Assembly: GCA_965262615.1 (NCBI GenBank)
Contig: OZ253545.1
Coordinates: 1-64,000 of the forward strand
Length of the DNA: 64,000 nt
Reading direction: 5' to 3'
Source: Alphaproteobacteria bacterium
Lineage (GTDB): Bacteria; Pseudomonadota; Alphaproteobacteria; GM7ARS4; G965262615
Part shown: positions 30,189-39,575 of the stretch, piece by piece
How positions within the stretch are numbered: position 1 is the first letter of the stretch
How the letters are laid out: the number at the start of each line of letters is the position of its first letter
The notes under the pieces: model-generated
What the model was told of the DNA's origin: nothing
Databases searched by the model: none
What the model saw: only the letters and a program-made list of their open reading frames with translations
Program-made: the position numbers and the translations under genes

Positions 30189-31063
30189 GCTCACCGTTGA
30201 CACGGCTTCGCGCCGCTATTGAGCGTCACGGCAAAAAACCCCTTGCCGATGCTCTCACCGCGCTGGAACAAAACCCGCTCGGTGACCAATCCCTTGCCTT
30301 GTTGCAAGAATGCTTTGACAACCCCCACAAAAATTCCCATGTCATCGGCGTGACGGGTCCTCCTGGTGTGGGCAAATCCACCCTGCTGAATGGTCTCATT
30401 GTCACGCTGCGCGAACGGCACAAAAAGATTGCGGTCATTGCCGTGGATCCCTCATCGCACCAAAGCGGCGGCGCGTTGCTGGGCGACCGCACCCGTCTCA
30501 ATCAACACGCGAGCGATGCCCATGTGTTCATTCGCTCCCAAGCCGCGGGCGACCAACTGGGGGGGCTTGCTCGCAGCACGCTGGCGACCATGCTGGTGAT
30601 GCGCAGTCTCTACGATGAGGTCATCATAGAAACGGTGGGCGTGGGGCAGTCGGAGATTGATGTGCTGCACATCAGCGACACCATCCTCTTGTGTCTGCAA
30701 CCAGCATCGGGAGACGCGCTGCAATCCATGAAAGCGGGCATCATGGAAATCGCCGACATTTTTGTGGTGACCAAAAGCGACCTGGGCCACATCGCCCGCC
30801 AAACCGCCGCCGACATCAAAACAACCTTGCGTCACGAAAGCACATCGTGGCAACGCCCCCTTGTCATGACCTCCGCCTTCAACGGCACGGGATTGGACGC
30901 TCTTTACGATGCCATCTGCCAGCACCGTGAGCAGTGTCATGAACGCATCGCCCAAAAAAGACAAACCCACAGCGAGCGATTTTTTCAAAGCTGGCAACAC
31001 ATCAAAAACAAACAAACAAAAGCCACCGCTCGCAGCTTTAGTGACGCGAAGAATCTGCGATAA
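30185..31063 (+). CDS. meaB: MeaB/ArgK family GTPase (methylmalonyl-CoA mutase chaperone)
   Basis: GVTGPPGVGKST, AVDPSS..GGALLGDR, ETVGVGQSE, KAGIMEI. Confidence 0.88.
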   Translation: MSSPLTRLRAAIERHGKKPLADALTALEQNPLGDQSLALLQECFDNPHKNSHVIGVTGPPGVGKSTLLNGLIVTLRERHKKIAVIAVDPSSHQSGGALLGDRTRLNQHASDAHVFIRSQAAGDQLGGLARSTLATMLVMRSLYDEVIIETVGVGQSEIDVLHISDTILLCLQPASGDALQSMKAGIMEIADIFVVTKSDLGHIARQTAADIKTTLRHESTSWQRPLVMTSAFNGTGLDALYDAICQHREQCHERIAQKRQTHSERFFQSWQHIKNKQTKATARSFSDAKNLR

Positions 31064-31916
31064 CAGCCTCAAGCCACGCAGGAATACGCAGTGCAAAAAC
31101 GCCGTCATCACTGCTGAGCCGACACGGCTCACGCATTTTTGCCGGCATGAGCCCAAGACCCCAATCCGCCGCATGACAACACAGCTCATACGAATTCCCC
31201 CGCTCATCCAACAACGGATGCGCTCCCCACGCGCCGGATATTTTCTCCACAGAGACCACACGCTGCTTGAGAGCGTTGCGATGGTGAAGACGCGCCGTGA
31301 CTTCTTGTCCCATGTAGCATCCCTTGTCCAGCGAGACGGCGCGCAAATGATCCATGTGATAGGCAAGGGGCAACGACACCGCAGGCTGATAATCCTCCGC
31401 TCCCTCCATCACCGCCCAGCGATAGCGAAAATCACGATAATGCAACACATCGGTACGACTGTGCTGTGGCAACGCCGCCAACGCATTGTCATCACGATAC
31501 CACACGCGCCGACCCAGCACCGCCAAACGCACATCATGAAACACCCACCGCGAATTGCTTTGATGCATCACAGTTCCACAAGAAGATGGCTCACCGTTGT
31601 CATCATCATGCCACAACGCCGCCACCCGCCATGATGTGGGCGTGCATTGCACTCGCGCCCGCAAACGCCGCAACAACAATGTGCGTATGAAATTGTCTTG
31701 CTGAGAACGGTCGGTCTCCAACAAAAAGCCCTCTCGCGTTCTGCCAATGACAAACTCGTGACGCAAGCGTCCTTGTGGTGTCAGCAACGCCCCCCACGAC
31801 AATGATTGATGGGTCACCGCGTCCATATCACAAGTGAGCAGTCCTTGTAAAAATTCGTCACTGTCATCTCCCTCAACGGCAATAATGGCTCTGTGAGGCA
31901 AAAGCGTGAGATTCAT
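31038..31916 (-). CDS. ygfZ: Folate-binding Fe-S assembly protein YgfZ
   Basis: FLQGLLT, LLTPQG, KGCYMGQEVTAR. Confidence 0.9.
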   Translation of the reverse strand: MNLTLLPHRAIIAVEGDDSDEFLQGLLTCDMDAVTHQSLSWGALLTPQGRLRHEFVIGRTREGFLLETDRSQQDNFIRTLLLRRLRARVQCTPTSWRVAALWHDDDNGEPSSCGTVMHQSNSRWVFHDVRLAVLGRRVWYRDDNALAALPQHSRTDVLHYRDFRYRWAVMEGAEDYQPAVSLPLAYHMDHLRAVSLDKGCYMGQEVTARLHHRNALKQRVVSVEKISGAWGAHPLLDERGNSYELCCHAADWGLGLMPAKMREPCRLSSDDGVFALRIPAWLEAVIADSSRH

Positions 31917-33100
31917 GGCTGACGAGATTGAATAAAGTGCGTGAGAGATTCGTTTTTCATGTGAGTCATCATCTGCCTGTTCATATCATCAATGAGACCC
32001 CAGCCGCGATAAATCAAGGCGGTATAGAGTTGCACCGCCGATGCGCCCGCCGCCAGACGCGTCACCACATCCTCACCATCACTGATGCCACCACAGCTGA
32101 TGACGGGAATGTGCTCAGGCAATTGCTGGCGCACCAGCCGTAACATCTGCAAGGAGCGTTGCTTGATGGGCAAGCCCGACAAACCGCCTATTTCTTTTTT
32201 ATGATGACTTTTGAGATGAACAGGAGGTTTGTCTCTCGTGTTGCTGGTGTTGCTGACAATGAAACCATCCACACCCGCCGCCAAGGCACTCGTCACCTGC
32301 TGACACAAAGCATCATCATCCATGTCGGGCGACAATTTTGCCAACAAAGGCACGCCTCCTTTTTTGTGCCATCCGCACCCCACCGAGAGTGCTGCCTCAA
32401 TCACGGCGGCGGTCGGTGTGGGCTGTGTCAAGCTGCCAGTGGGAGCATTGGGACAAGACAAATTGAGCGTGATCCAATCACTGTAAGCAATGACATCATC
32501 AATGGCGCGCCGATAATCATCAACGACGGTGCGAGTGTTTCCATTCAGCAATGTCTCTGTATTGGCAGCCACATTGACACCCAGCAACGGTAATTTTTCC
32601 CCCTTCCTTTCACTCTCCAAACGAGTTCTTTTCAACCGATCTGCCAAAGCCGCCGAGCCATAATTGTTTATGCCGAAGTTATTGATGATCGCGCCGTCAG
32701 CCTCCAAATGAAAAATTCGCCGCGGATTCTGATTGCCTTTTTGCGGCTTGGGCGTGACGCTTCCCAATTCCACAAATCCCACACCCAGTTTGCCCCAACC
32801 ACGAATGGCAATGCCATTTTTATCCACACCCGCCGCCAAGCCAATGGGAGAACACACATCCCGACCAAAAAACTGCCTGCACAACGATGGCGAAACCGTC
32901 ACCCGTTTGCGTTGCCAACGCACAAAATACAACATCGCCTTATGAGAGTGTTCAGGATGCTTTTCACGCGCCAAACGCATGGCACCTACTACAACCTTTT
33001 CGGCTTGTGCTCGTGCTGGGTGGACACTAAATCCTCGTTTTGCATAATCTGCCTTAACAGACCACGAACCTAGGCGATTGACCACATGTTTATAACTCAT
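31913..33100 (-). CDS. pyrD: Quinone-dependent dihydroorotate dehydrogenase
   Basis: PIGLAAGVDKN, GSVTPKPQKGN, NLSCPN, KLSPD, SNT, GGLSG, VQLYTALIY. Confidence 0.92.
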   Translation of the reverse strand: MSYKHVVNRLGSWSVKADYAKRGFSVHPARAQAEKVVVGAMRLAREKHPEHSHKAMLYFVRWQRKRVTVSPSLCRQFFGRDVCSPIGLAAGVDKNGIAIRGWGKLGVGFVELGSVTPKPQKGNQNPRRIFHLEADGAIINNFGINNYGSAALADRLKRTRLESERKGEKLPLLGVNVAANTETLLNGNTRTVVDDYRRAIDDVIAYSDWITLNLSCPNAPTGSLTQPTPTAAVIEAALSVGCGWHKKGGVPLLAKLSPDMDDDALCQQVTSALAAGVDGFIVSNTSNTRDKPPVHLKSHHKKEIGGLSGLPIKQRSLQMLRLVRQQLPEHIPVISCGGISDGEDVVTRLAAGASAVQLYTALIYRGWGLIDDMNRQMMTHMKNESLTHFIQSRQP

Positions 33101-33358
33101 TGGTTCCTCTCCTTGACATTGAGGGTTGAGAAATTTAGTGCAAAGACATAAATTCTCATTGGTGCACTACCCACATGCCGTAGCCACAATAGCATTGTTA
33201 CCAATATATGGCAATAGCTCAATATATGGCAATACACACTATGTGAAAATAGCACAATACATATGAAAATAACATATGCCTATCTATTTTTTGGTCTAGC
33301 GGATTCTATCAAACAATTTCATTGCGACTGATCGTGTTTGTCGTTACATAGAAGGAAT

Positions 33359-33431
33359 GCCGAATTAGCTCAGTTGGTAGAGCGGCTGATTTGTAATCAG
33401 TAGGTCGGGGGTTCGAATCCCTCATTCGGCA
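33359..33431 (+). tRNA. tRNA-Thr(TGT)
   Basis: GCCGAATTAGCTCAGTTGGTAGAGCGGCTGATTTGTAATCAGTAGGTCGGGGGTTCGAATCCCTCATTCGGCA; CCA not encoded. Confidence 0.95.
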
Positions 33432-33727
33432 CCGTCTTTTTTCTCAAAGAGTTGTTCTTCCATGGCGATACATTGCTCAATCATCATGCGCCAGATGGCG
33501 GTGACTGTCTCGCCATCCATCGCCAGTGATTCAGCCGCTTGACGCTGTTTGCGAATGATTGCCTCAATGCGTTTTTCATCAATGATGTCCTCGCGCCCCT
33601 TGAAATCCACCACCTGTCGCACATAGGCACACCGCTCCGCCAATAGCAGTAGCAGTGCCTCATCAATGCGATCAATCTCTTGGCGAACCTCTGCAAGGGA
33701 GTCACATTTTTTTGCCTGATGACTCAT
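33422..33727 (-). CDS. Chorismate mutase (AroQ/PchB family)
   Basis: SLAEVRQEIDRIDEALLLLLAER, IIDEKR; start could be 33784. Confidence 0.87.
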   Translation of the reverse strand: MSHQAKKCDSLAEVRQEIDRIDEALLLLLAERCAYVRQVVDFKGREDIIDEKRIEAIIRKQRQAAESLAMDGETVTAIWRMMIEQCIAMEEQLFEKKDGAE

Positions 33728-33780
33728 GGTCGTTCCTGCCGTTTCCTCATGATGCTTTGTAGCATGAAGCCTTGCATGTT

Positions 33781-35133
33781 TCAATAAGACACCAAATCAT
33801 ATAATGCTTCCGTCTCGCCGTTCCAACGTTGCAACAACTGATGAGCAAATGTTTCTTGGTCTCGTGCTTGTTGCCACAAAGGAGCAAGATAGAGCGATTC
33901 GTCTCGTCCCTCGTCATCCACGATGTGTCGTCTGATCAAAGCTTCTTGTGCCATTTCCAACAAATCCAAGATGAGATGGTGCACAGTCTCGGCGGAATTG
34001 GTGTTGATTTTGCTGGCAAAACCATCCTTCATGATGGCTTCGCGCAATGCCTCTCGGTGCTCGTGTGATGATGCCCACGCCTTGATGCGATGCCACACAT
34101 CCGCAATGATGCTGGAGTCATAGAGCAATCCCGTCCACAAAGCCGCCAGTGCACAGATGGCTTGATGATGTCCGCCATCCGCCCCGCGCACCTCCAAATA
34201 ATGCTTCAGACGCACATCGGTAAAGACCGTGCTCATGTGATCGCGCATGTCGGCAAATGTGGCGCGTATTCCTCGCGCCTCGGGCAATGTGCCCGCCATG
34301 AAGTCACGAAAAGAACGCCCCGCCACATCATGATACGCACCGTCACGGCGATAAAAATACATCGGCACATCCAACAAATAAGAGGCATACCGCTCAAAAC
34401 CAAAACCATCCTCAAACACAAAGGGCAAATCACCGCAGCGGTCATCATCGGTGTCGCGCCACACATGAGAGCGATAACTGAGCCAATCGGTGCGAACCCC
34501 CTCCTTGAGAGGTGAGTGGGCAAATAAAAATTGAACCACCGATTGCAGTGCCAGCGCAATGCGAAATTGCCGCACCATCGTGGCTTCGCTGTCAAAATCC
34601 ACATTGACCTGAATGGAACAAGTGCGCAGCATCATGTCCAGCCCCAAGCTTCCCTGCTGCGGCATGTAGCGGCGCATGATGTCGTAGCGAGCTTTGGGCA
34701 TCCAGTGAATCTCATCCCGATGCCAGAAGGGAGCAAACCCCATGCCGAACAAACCCAAATGCAATGGCTCGGCGGCTTTGCGACACTCGCGCAAATGACG
34801 CGCCACTTCCTCACAAGTGCGGTGAATATTCTTCACCGCCGCCCCTGACAGTTCAATCTGCCCCCCCGGCTCTAGCGTGATGGATGCGTTGTCTTTTTGC
34901 AAAGCAATCAGTGTGTCGTCTTCATACACCCCCTGCCAGCCGTGGACGATGAATTGTCGCAGAAATGATTGCACCCCTCGCGCGCCCTCGTAGGGCACCG
35001 GAGCGAGGTTTTTTTTGTCAAAAAGAAATTTCTCATGTTCCGTGCCGATGCGCCATTGGTCACGGGGGGTGATTCCCGATTCCAGATAGGCGGCGATGGC
35101 ATCGGGATTTTCTATGATGTCATCTTCGTTCAT
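33781..35133 (-). CDS. gshA: Glutamate-cysteine ligase
   Basis: WRIGTEHEKF, TLEPGGQIELSG, MPKARY, MMLRTC, RLKHYLEVRGADGG. Confidence 0.94.
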   Translation of the reverse strand: MNEDDIIENPDAIAAYLESGITPRDQWRIGTEHEKFLFDKKNLAPVPYEGARGVQSFLRQFIVHGWQGVYEDDTLIALQKDNASITLEPGGQIELSGAAVKNIHRTCEEVARHLRECRKAAEPLHLGLFGMGFAPFWHRDEIHWMPKARYDIMRRYMPQQGSLGLDMMLRTCSIQVNVDFDSEATMVRQFRIALALQSVVQFLFAHSPLKEGVRTDWLSYRSHVWRDTDDDRCGDLPFVFEDGFGFERYASYLLDVPMYFYRRDGAYHDVAGRSFRDFMAGTLPEARGIRATFADMRDHMSTVFTDVRLKHYLEVRGADGGHHQAICALAALWTGLLYDSSIIADVWHRIKAWASSHEHREALREAIMKDGFASKINTNSAETVHHLILDLLEMAQEALIRRHIVDDEGRDESLYLAPLWQQARDQETFAHQLLQRWNGETEALYDLVSY

Positions 35134-35890
35134 GGTGCGTCATTCGTGCCAGTTGCAAAAGAGAGAGTGCCAAAAATGCGGCACTATCCACTCTATAGAA
35201 GTTTTGTCCCAAATGCACCTGTTCAATTGTGCTGGCGGATGGATGGCGGGCGACCCAATGACACTCCTCATCGCTCCAGCCGCCCTCAGAGCCAATGATG
35301 ACTCCCGCGCCAGAAGAAACATCGCCCTGCGCACAATGATGCCATAGATGTTGCGTGGGGTGAGAGGCATCATAGGGATGACAAAAAAACAACCGAACCC
35401 GAGATGACCAAATGTCAATGGCTTGAGCAAAAGAACAAAGGGGCTTGATTGTGGGGCATGAAAGTAACCCGCATTGTTCGGTTGCCGCCATGGCAACCGC
35501 AATTGATGATGCATGGTTGATGGAACGGCGCGCTGAGTGATGACTCACCACAGGCTGAATGACATCACAGCCGGCTTGGACGGCTTGTTCAATCACATGA
35601 TGCCAACGAGACCCCTTAGGCGGCGCACACAACAACACAAGGGGTTGTGATTCATCCACTGCCCGTAGCTGTTCGCCCACAGAAACGACCAAACATTCCT
35701 TGCTGATGGAGCGAATCACGCCGTGCCATTCACCATCACGCCCATTGAAAACACGCATCTCATCACCCACTTTTGCCCGCAGAACATGAGCCAGCTTGTG
35801 AAAATGACCATGCCTCCTGTCAATTGTGATTTTGACCCCATGCCCAAGAGATTCATTCACCAAAAATCGTCTGAATGTATGAAGGTTCAC
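35120..35890 (-). CDS. rsmE: 16S rRNA m3U1498 methyltransferase
   Basis: HVLR, FNGRDGEW, AATEQC, IIGSEGGWS..E, LGQNFYRVDSA. Confidence 0.88.
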   Translation of the reverse strand: MNLHTFRRFLVNESLGHGVKITIDRRHGHFHKLAHVLRAKVGDEMRVFNGRDGEWHGVIRSISKECLVVSVGEQLRAVDESQPLVLLCAPPKGSRWHHVIEQAVQAGCDVIQPVVSHHSARRSINHASSIAVAMAATEQCGLLSCPTIKPLCSFAQAIDIWSSRVRLFFCHPYDASHPTQHLWHHCAQGDVSSGAGVIIGSEGGWSDEECHWVARHPSASTIEQVHLGQNFYRVDSAAFLALSLLQLARMTHHERR

Positions 35891-35985
35891 GGTTCACGGT
35901 TCACAGTTTATGGTTCATGGTTCACAGTTTATGGTTCATGGTTCATGGTTCATGGTTCATGGTTCATCATCATCATCATCATCAT
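35884..35985. repeat. 12 heptamers (GGTTCAC/GGTTCAT/AGTTTAT) followed by (CAT)6 at the rsmE start
   Basis: Read directly; on the minus strand the unit is ATGAACC/GTGAACC, the first 7 nt of rsmE. Confidence 0.93.
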
Positions 35986-35989
35986 TATC

Positions 35990-36024
35990 AAAAAAATAGG
36001 GGCGACATTGCTGCCGCCCCTATT
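35990..36024 (-). terminator. Rho-independent terminator of the OMP gene
   Basis: Stem AATAGGGGCG / CGCCCCTATT followed by a T-run on the minus strand, 25 bp after the OMP stop. Confidence 0.8.
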
Positions 36025-36048
36025 GCAAGGTTGTCTTTCAGCGAACGA

Positions 36049-37809
36049 TTACAAGGGACCGAGACCGTCAAAGGTGTAACCAAGTCCAAGAGAGATGCGG
36101 TTGTCATCAAACCCACCGTAATTGAGGATTCTGCCGTCTTGCACACCGCCACGCCCAAGCACCGTCACATTGCGTTCTTCATGGTCCAGATAAGTCCAAT
36201 CCATGCGCATGAAGAGATTGTCATAAAGGACACTTTCCACCCCCAAGCCAATGCGATAACTGCCCAATCTGTATTTGTCCACCTCCACAGACGAACTACC
36301 AAGAGTCGCATCGGCGATACTATTACAGGGATTTGTAACATCAGCATTGGATGTGAAATTGGAACTGTGATTCTCGTTTTCAAACTGCGTCCACCCATAA
36401 CCGCCCTTGAGATAAACAAGGGTCTGTGGCGTGAAGCGATAGCCCAACCGTCCCAAAAGGGCAACATCAGAGTGGCGTTTGAAAACATCGCTCCTGACAG
36501 TACAGTTATTAACCGCTGATTGTCCTGCTCCCGTTGTCGCACCCGGCGTTAAACCGTAGTTTTTCGCCACTTCACTCTCAGTGGGGCTACCGAACTCAAT
36601 TTCGCTTCCCAAATAGATGCCATCCAATTGGGATCTTTCAAAAACACGCCCCATGTCAAACCCATAGCCAACGAAACCTGCCCAGCCAAAGAAGTCCTGA
36701 CCAAAATCATTGCTCTTGTTTGTCCTGGTATTGCTCGTGCCAGAGGTGGTTCTCCAATTTGTCGAATCGGACTCGTTGTAAGCGGCATTGCTGTGGTGGA
36801 AGAGTGCTCCAGCATAGACACCATCACCGACCACGCCGCCTCTGACCTTCATGTTCTTGTGCTCGCCCTCACTGCCCGGATAGAAGGTAAAGCCCACCTG
36901 CAATGAATATGTGCGAGCGGCATACTGACGGTTATCACCTGTTCCTGTCGCCAAAACTGCGTCGCGACTGCCCGAATCACGAGTATCCAGCGCGTCCAGA
37001 GAATCATCGTAATCTCTGACAAGCCAGCCAAAGCGCAAGGCACTGCGATCACCAATGGCGATTTCCGAGCCGAAACCAAAGTTCCAAGCGTGGGCAACAT
37101 CACGAGAACCACGCACCTGAGAAGAACCACGGCTTGCTATGTCATAGAATCCCATGCTGTAGCCCACCTGCGTATAGAACAAATGATAAGGCTGCACCAA
37201 GTAACCCATGCGGGTGGAAAAATCCAAATCATAATCCATATTAACCGTGCGCGACCTCATATCAGAAGTTGGGGTCACACCCGCAGGGGTCGTGCTCGTC
37301 CCCGAATAGGTCTGTTGATCATCAGTATAGCTGTATCTTTTCTTGGTGATGGATGCGCCAAACTCACCTCCCAGATAGAAGCCGTGACGCTCAAACACTT
37401 CACCAACTCCCAGAAACATACCAAATCCACTGTTGTCACTAAAGGCGTTGAGGCTGCCATCACCCGCCGCTTGCGTAGCATTACCGGCAGCAGAACTATT
37501 TCGTTCCATTCTGCTGGCGTTATCCCGAACGACACCGCTGGAATTTTGCAACAGGAATCCCAAATAGGGACCCTCAAACATATAGCTGCGAGAGATGATG
37601 CGTCCTCTGCGTATGTCGCGAACTTCCGGCTCGAAATCCTCATCAGCAAATTCAAAGGTGGTGTCTTCAAATTCGTCATAATACTCTTCTTCGTCTCCGA
37701 CATCGGCAAACGATTGAGACACACTCAACGACACCGCCAAGAGAATCATCACCAACAAACGAAGGTGACCATCGGTATCCCTTTTTAAGAAATTAGCAAG
37801 CATTGACAT
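36049..37809 (-). CDS. Outer-membrane protein with two tandem small beta-barrel domains
   Basis: Signal peptide, acidic N-terminus, two repeats of G.Y.G ... R.GY ... G.G.E ... R..W ... G..Y/F; ends RISLGLGYTFDGLGPL. Confidence 0.75.
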   Translation of the reverse strand: MSMLANFLKRDTDGHLRLLVMILLAVSLSVSQSFADVGDEEEYYDEFEDTTFEFADEDFEPEVRDIRRGRIISRSYMFEGPYLGFLLQNSSGVVRDNASRMERNSSAAGNATQAAGDGSLNAFSDNSGFGMFLGVGEVFERHGFYLGGEFGASITKKRYSYTDDQQTYSGTSTTPAGVTPTSDMRSRTVNMDYDLDFSTRMGYLVQPYHLFYTQVGYSMGFYDIASRGSSQVRGSRDVAHAWNFGFGSEIAIGDRSALRFGWLVRDYDDSLDALDTRDSGSRDAVLATGTGDNRQYAARTYSLQVGFTFYPGSEGEHKNMKVRGGVVGDGVYAGALFHHSNAAYNESDSTNWRTTSGTSNTRTNKSNDFGQDFFGWAGFVGYGFDMGRVFERSQLDGIYLGSEIEFGSPTESEVAKNYGLTPGATTGAGQSAVNNCTVRSDVFKRHSDVALLGRLGYRFTPQTLVYLKGGYGWTQFENENHSSNFTSNADVTNPCNSIADATLGSSSVEVDKYRLGSYRIGLGVESVLYDNLFMRMDWTYLDHEERNVTVLGRGGVQDGRILNYGGFDDNRISLGLGYTFDGLGPL

Positions 37810-38000
37810 AGCTTCTCTCCTTCAAGAAATGAGAGACAGGTGACTCATTGACTGTAGCACCCCATCTCCGCAAAGATTCATGTTAGCGATACACACCCCA
37901 CACCTCACTCACGGCAAAGCCCATGACATGTATCATTCCCATTTTTACATCATCTTTTATAAAAAGTAAAGCCCCAATTCATAATGATGATGAGAAAATT

Positions 38001-39368
38001 TTATAAGCCCCACTGGTCAAACGCATAAATGACGGCAAGACTAATGCGATTTTCTTGAATGTTATGCAGGGCTCTGTTGTCACCAATGGTGAAATCCAGC
38101 ACATCGGCATAAGTCCAATCCAATCGGGCGGTGATGTTGTCGTAGACGACGCTTTCAATTCCCGTTCCCACAGAAAATCCGTTGACAAAAGTTTTAGCCG
38201 AAGTGGCACTGCTGCCCCCCTGTTCATACTCCAAGCGCACCCAGTTGTAGCCGCCGCGCGCATACACCATCGTTGCCGGCGTATACAGATATCCAATCCG
38301 CACACCCCAATCAATGGCAACGGGACGCTTGATCTCAGAATCACTGCCCTCATAGACAGTGTGAGAGACCAAGTTCGTGTCAAGACGCAATTCAGTTCCC
38401 AAGTAAATGTCTCTTCGTCCCTTGAAGAAGCGATTGGATCCGATTCCCACAATGCCGCCCACACTGCCGCCTCTCATGCCGACACTATCGCTACTGGCGG
38501 CTGTGTTGCCATCACGCAAATCAGCGGCACTGCTGTATTGACCCTTCACCCCCACATAGACACCATTGAACACAACGCGATTCACCTTCATTCGGCGAGC
38601 ATCAGGACGCTCCTCAAAGCGATAGACCAACCCCACCCGAGAGGTAAAGCTGCGGGGTTTGAGTTCGGTGCGCGGATTATATGCTCCCAAAGACAATTCA
38701 TAATAATCTCGCATCGCCCAATCCAAACGGAAGAAGGCGTTGCCGCCGAGGGACGCCTCCATGCCCAAGCCCACATGATACCCATGCAACAACTGAGCCT
38801 TCTCCAGCGTGATGGTATCGCCTTGCCTGTAATTATAATTAAAGTTGCTGGCACTGTATCCGCCCTGCAGGAACATGAGCGCGCCGTCATGAGAGGCGTA
38901 GGATAATCTCATTCCCACATCAAAGTCGTAGGTGTTTTCCAGATTGTAGAAATCAGTCGCCGACCGAGAAACATGCGTACGCCGCTTAATGATAGAAACC
39001 GACGATGCACCGCCCACATAAAAGTGATGACCATTCTTTGCCATGACCATGTAATCGTATCCGCCATAGAAAGTTCCTCCCATGACGCTCTGCAATCCGC
39101 GATCCTCCGCGCCGTTTGCGCTGGTCTCATTGGAGTATCCCGTTCCGTAGGCGAGTCCAGCCCCGCCGTGACTGCCCTCAAAATAACGAGACTCAGGTTG
39201 CAATGACACACGATCCATTGGCATGGTGTCCGATGGCATGGCATCGGTTTGCATGGTGTCATATGACATGTCGTCATATTGGGCGTGGGCACTGCTCGCC
39301 ATCACACCGCCAAGAGCAAAGCTCAGAACGGCAGCAACGAAGCAAAAATAAGGTGTTTTCATTGTCAT
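38001..39368 (-). CDS. Outer-membrane protein with two tandem small beta-barrel domains (paralog of the adjacent gene)
   Basis: Signal peptide (SAHA); ESVVYDNITARLDWTY matches ESVLYDNLFMRMDWTY in the neighbour; ends RISLAVIYAFDQWGL. Confidence 0.75.
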   Translation of the reverse strand: MTMKTPYFCFVAAVLSFALGGVMASSAHAQYDDMSYDTMQTDAMPSDTMPMDRVSLQPESRYFEGSHGGAGLAYGTGYSNETSANGAEDRGLQSVMGGTFYGGYDYMVMAKNGHHFYVGGASSVSIIKRRTHVSRSATDFYNLENTYDFDVGMRLSYASHDGALMFLQGGYSASNFNYNYRQGDTITLEKAQLLHGYHVGLGMEASLGGNAFFRLDWAMRDYYELSLGAYNPRTELKPRSFTSRVGLVYRFEERPDARRMKVNRVVFNGVYVGVKGQYSSAADLRDGNTAASSDSVGMRGGSVGGIVGIGSNRFFKGRRDIYLGTELRLDTNLVSHTVYEGSDSEIKRPVAIDWGVRIGYLYTPATMVYARGGYNWVRLEYEQGGSSATSAKTFVNGFSVGTGIESVVYDNITARLDWTYADVLDFTIGDNRALHNIQENRISLAVIYAFDQWGL

Positions 39369-39575
39369 GGGTCTTCCTCACAATCGTATCAGACATAAAT
39401 TCTTTCTTGTGTGACACATCAAAAACTATGAAACAGCTATAAAAGCTATGAAACAGCTATGACACATCAAAAATGCGAGACACGGTACGAGCCCCGTCAT
39501 CGCGAGGTATCATAACAAAACGAGAGCCGTAGGGCAAGCATGAAAATGTCAGTTTTTGGTCATCCATGACAAGGA

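Noticed and set aside
35875-36519. + strand ORF with a poly-His tract
   Set aside because: Translation artefact of the microsatellite plus the antisense of the OMP gene.
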